Below are positions 62,800 to 64,000 of a stretch of 64,000 bases of DNA, in pieces (position 1 is the first letter of the stretch; the number at the start of each line of letters is the position of its first letter). The notes below the pieces were generated by a model. That model had not been told where the DNA came from, did not search any database, and worked only from the letters and a program-made list of their open reading frames with translations. Origin of the DNA: Utricularia gibba. Taxonomy: Eukaryota; Plantae; Magnoliophyta. The stretch covers positions 372,001 to 436,000 of the forward strand of contig NEEC01000024.1 of NCBI GenBank assembly GCA_002189035.1, written 5' to 3'. The translations under genes and the position numbers were made by a program.

Positions 62800-63909
62800 T
62801 TAGCACTATTAGGCGCTCTCGATCTACTCCAAACCTGAATTCCGGGGCTTCAAACACATCCAGCATATTCTCACTTCTTTGTCAAGGGGTAGTGATTGAT
62901 AGCCAAAATGTCCGGCTAAATTGATGCCTCTACGGTAGAAGAGCAGGCCAATTAGATCCCCCACATAAATGTCAGAGAGCTCGGCAAAGCAAGCCGAGTC
63001 AACAAAGTTGTCGAGGAGCAAAAATGCGATCTTGAGCATGCTTCAACTCCAACTCGGTTTCTTCAAACCTAACTTTAGGAACCGGATCAAAGGGGATGGG
63101 GATTATCGAGTCAGAAGTAAGAGGTGCTGCCGAGTTAGAGGGAATGTTGTGTGGAGATTGCAAGAGATGTTGGTACTCTAACTCAAAACTAGGAGGAATG
63201 ATGAAATCAAGCCACTGTACATCTCGATTGCGACCGAGAATCCCACAGGCCGATAAGGAATCTCGTGAAAGCATCAAGGCCCGAGACTTGAACCTAACAA
63301 AACATTCACCAAGTCTGCGATATACATCCCTACGTGACTCATTCGAGGGATGGAATCGGCCAAATGGTTTAAATTTTAAAGAAGAAGGGGGCTTCACCGG
63401 AAAATTCCATCTGGCACCCAACGAAGGAGCAATCCAAATAAAGGAAGGCCACTAGTCATGGTGGGTATCAGGGGCTTGAGGGCAAAGTCAAGGTGATCTT
63501 CAAATCAGCGGAATTAAAAGTGAGAAAAACCATGCATCGCGCGTTTAGCCTTACGGACCGCAACCTTGAAGAGTTGGAAGGAGTCCACTAGGGTCATACC
63601 CGTGTCCATACCTGCCGAATAAAAAAGGAAGGTAGTGAAGCAGAAAATCGAGTTTGGGGATAGGCAATAAAGTGGAATGGCAAATATGTCCAGAAATTGG
63701 ATGATAAGAGGGTGAAGCGGAAAGCGAAGACCACTTTCCAGATAAGCTATGAGAATTGGGAGACTAAAATGGGGAAGGGGTCGTTCTCCCACACCCCAAG
63801 GTATTTGGCTGTCCTTGGCCTGGCTGACAACATAGTTATCAAGGATCGAGTACTTAGCCCGAATAGCAGGAATGTTCAACTCGCTAGACTTCCTACCCAT
63901 CTCGACTGA
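62800..63909 (-). pseudogene. Retand antisense ORF, Transposase_28-like N-terminus plus a charged, coiled-coil-like C-terminus
   Basis: AYLESGLRFPLHPLIIQFLDIFAIPLYCLSPNSIFCF, then ETELELKHAQDRIFA and FVDSACFAELSDIY, in several frames. It lies downstream of and antisense to pol. Confidence 0.75.
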
Positions 63910-64000
63910 GGAAATCAGAAAACAGAAGAACTCAAAATAGGAGAAGAAAAACCCTAGGGGAAATGGAGGCCCAAAAAAATCATGAAACCCGCTGAAATTG

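Noticed and set aside
1-64000. CRISPR arrays, rRNA, telomere arrays, organellar insertions
   Set aside because: None recognised. The short repeats lack unique spacers, and CCCTAAA hits are isolated.

Overview
Angiosperm nuclear DNA that is mostly nested, decayed transposon sequence, with one small gene island at about 19.5-23.3 kb. The island holds two convergent genes. One is a + strand, 8-exon gene predicted to encode an AIPP2-like SPOC domain followed by three hAT-type BED zinc fingers. The other is a - strand, intronless VQ-motif gene resembling MKS1/VQ21. Each gene carries a single missing base in a G/C homopolymer, which may be assembly error. At 1725-7520 there is a PIF/Harbinger element with both TIRs and a TTA TSD. 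It contains a Myb/SANT ORF, only the N-terminal stub of its transposase, and an intron-containing FCP1/NIF-type HAD phosphatase-like gene as apparent cargo. The remainder is LTR retrotransposon debris: Athila-type (two LTR subfamilies, tRNA-Asp PBS, gag/protease, env-like ORF), Tat/Retand-type (tRNA-Lys PBS, extra RNase H, antisense Transposase_28-like ORF in four copies), an Angela-like Copia family (six LTR copies, two solo LTRs with perfect TSDs) and older Copia fragments. No rRNA, tRNA or CRISPR features were seen. All calls come from manual translation and by-eye alignment; no database searches were run. Coordinates of degraded remnants are approximate.
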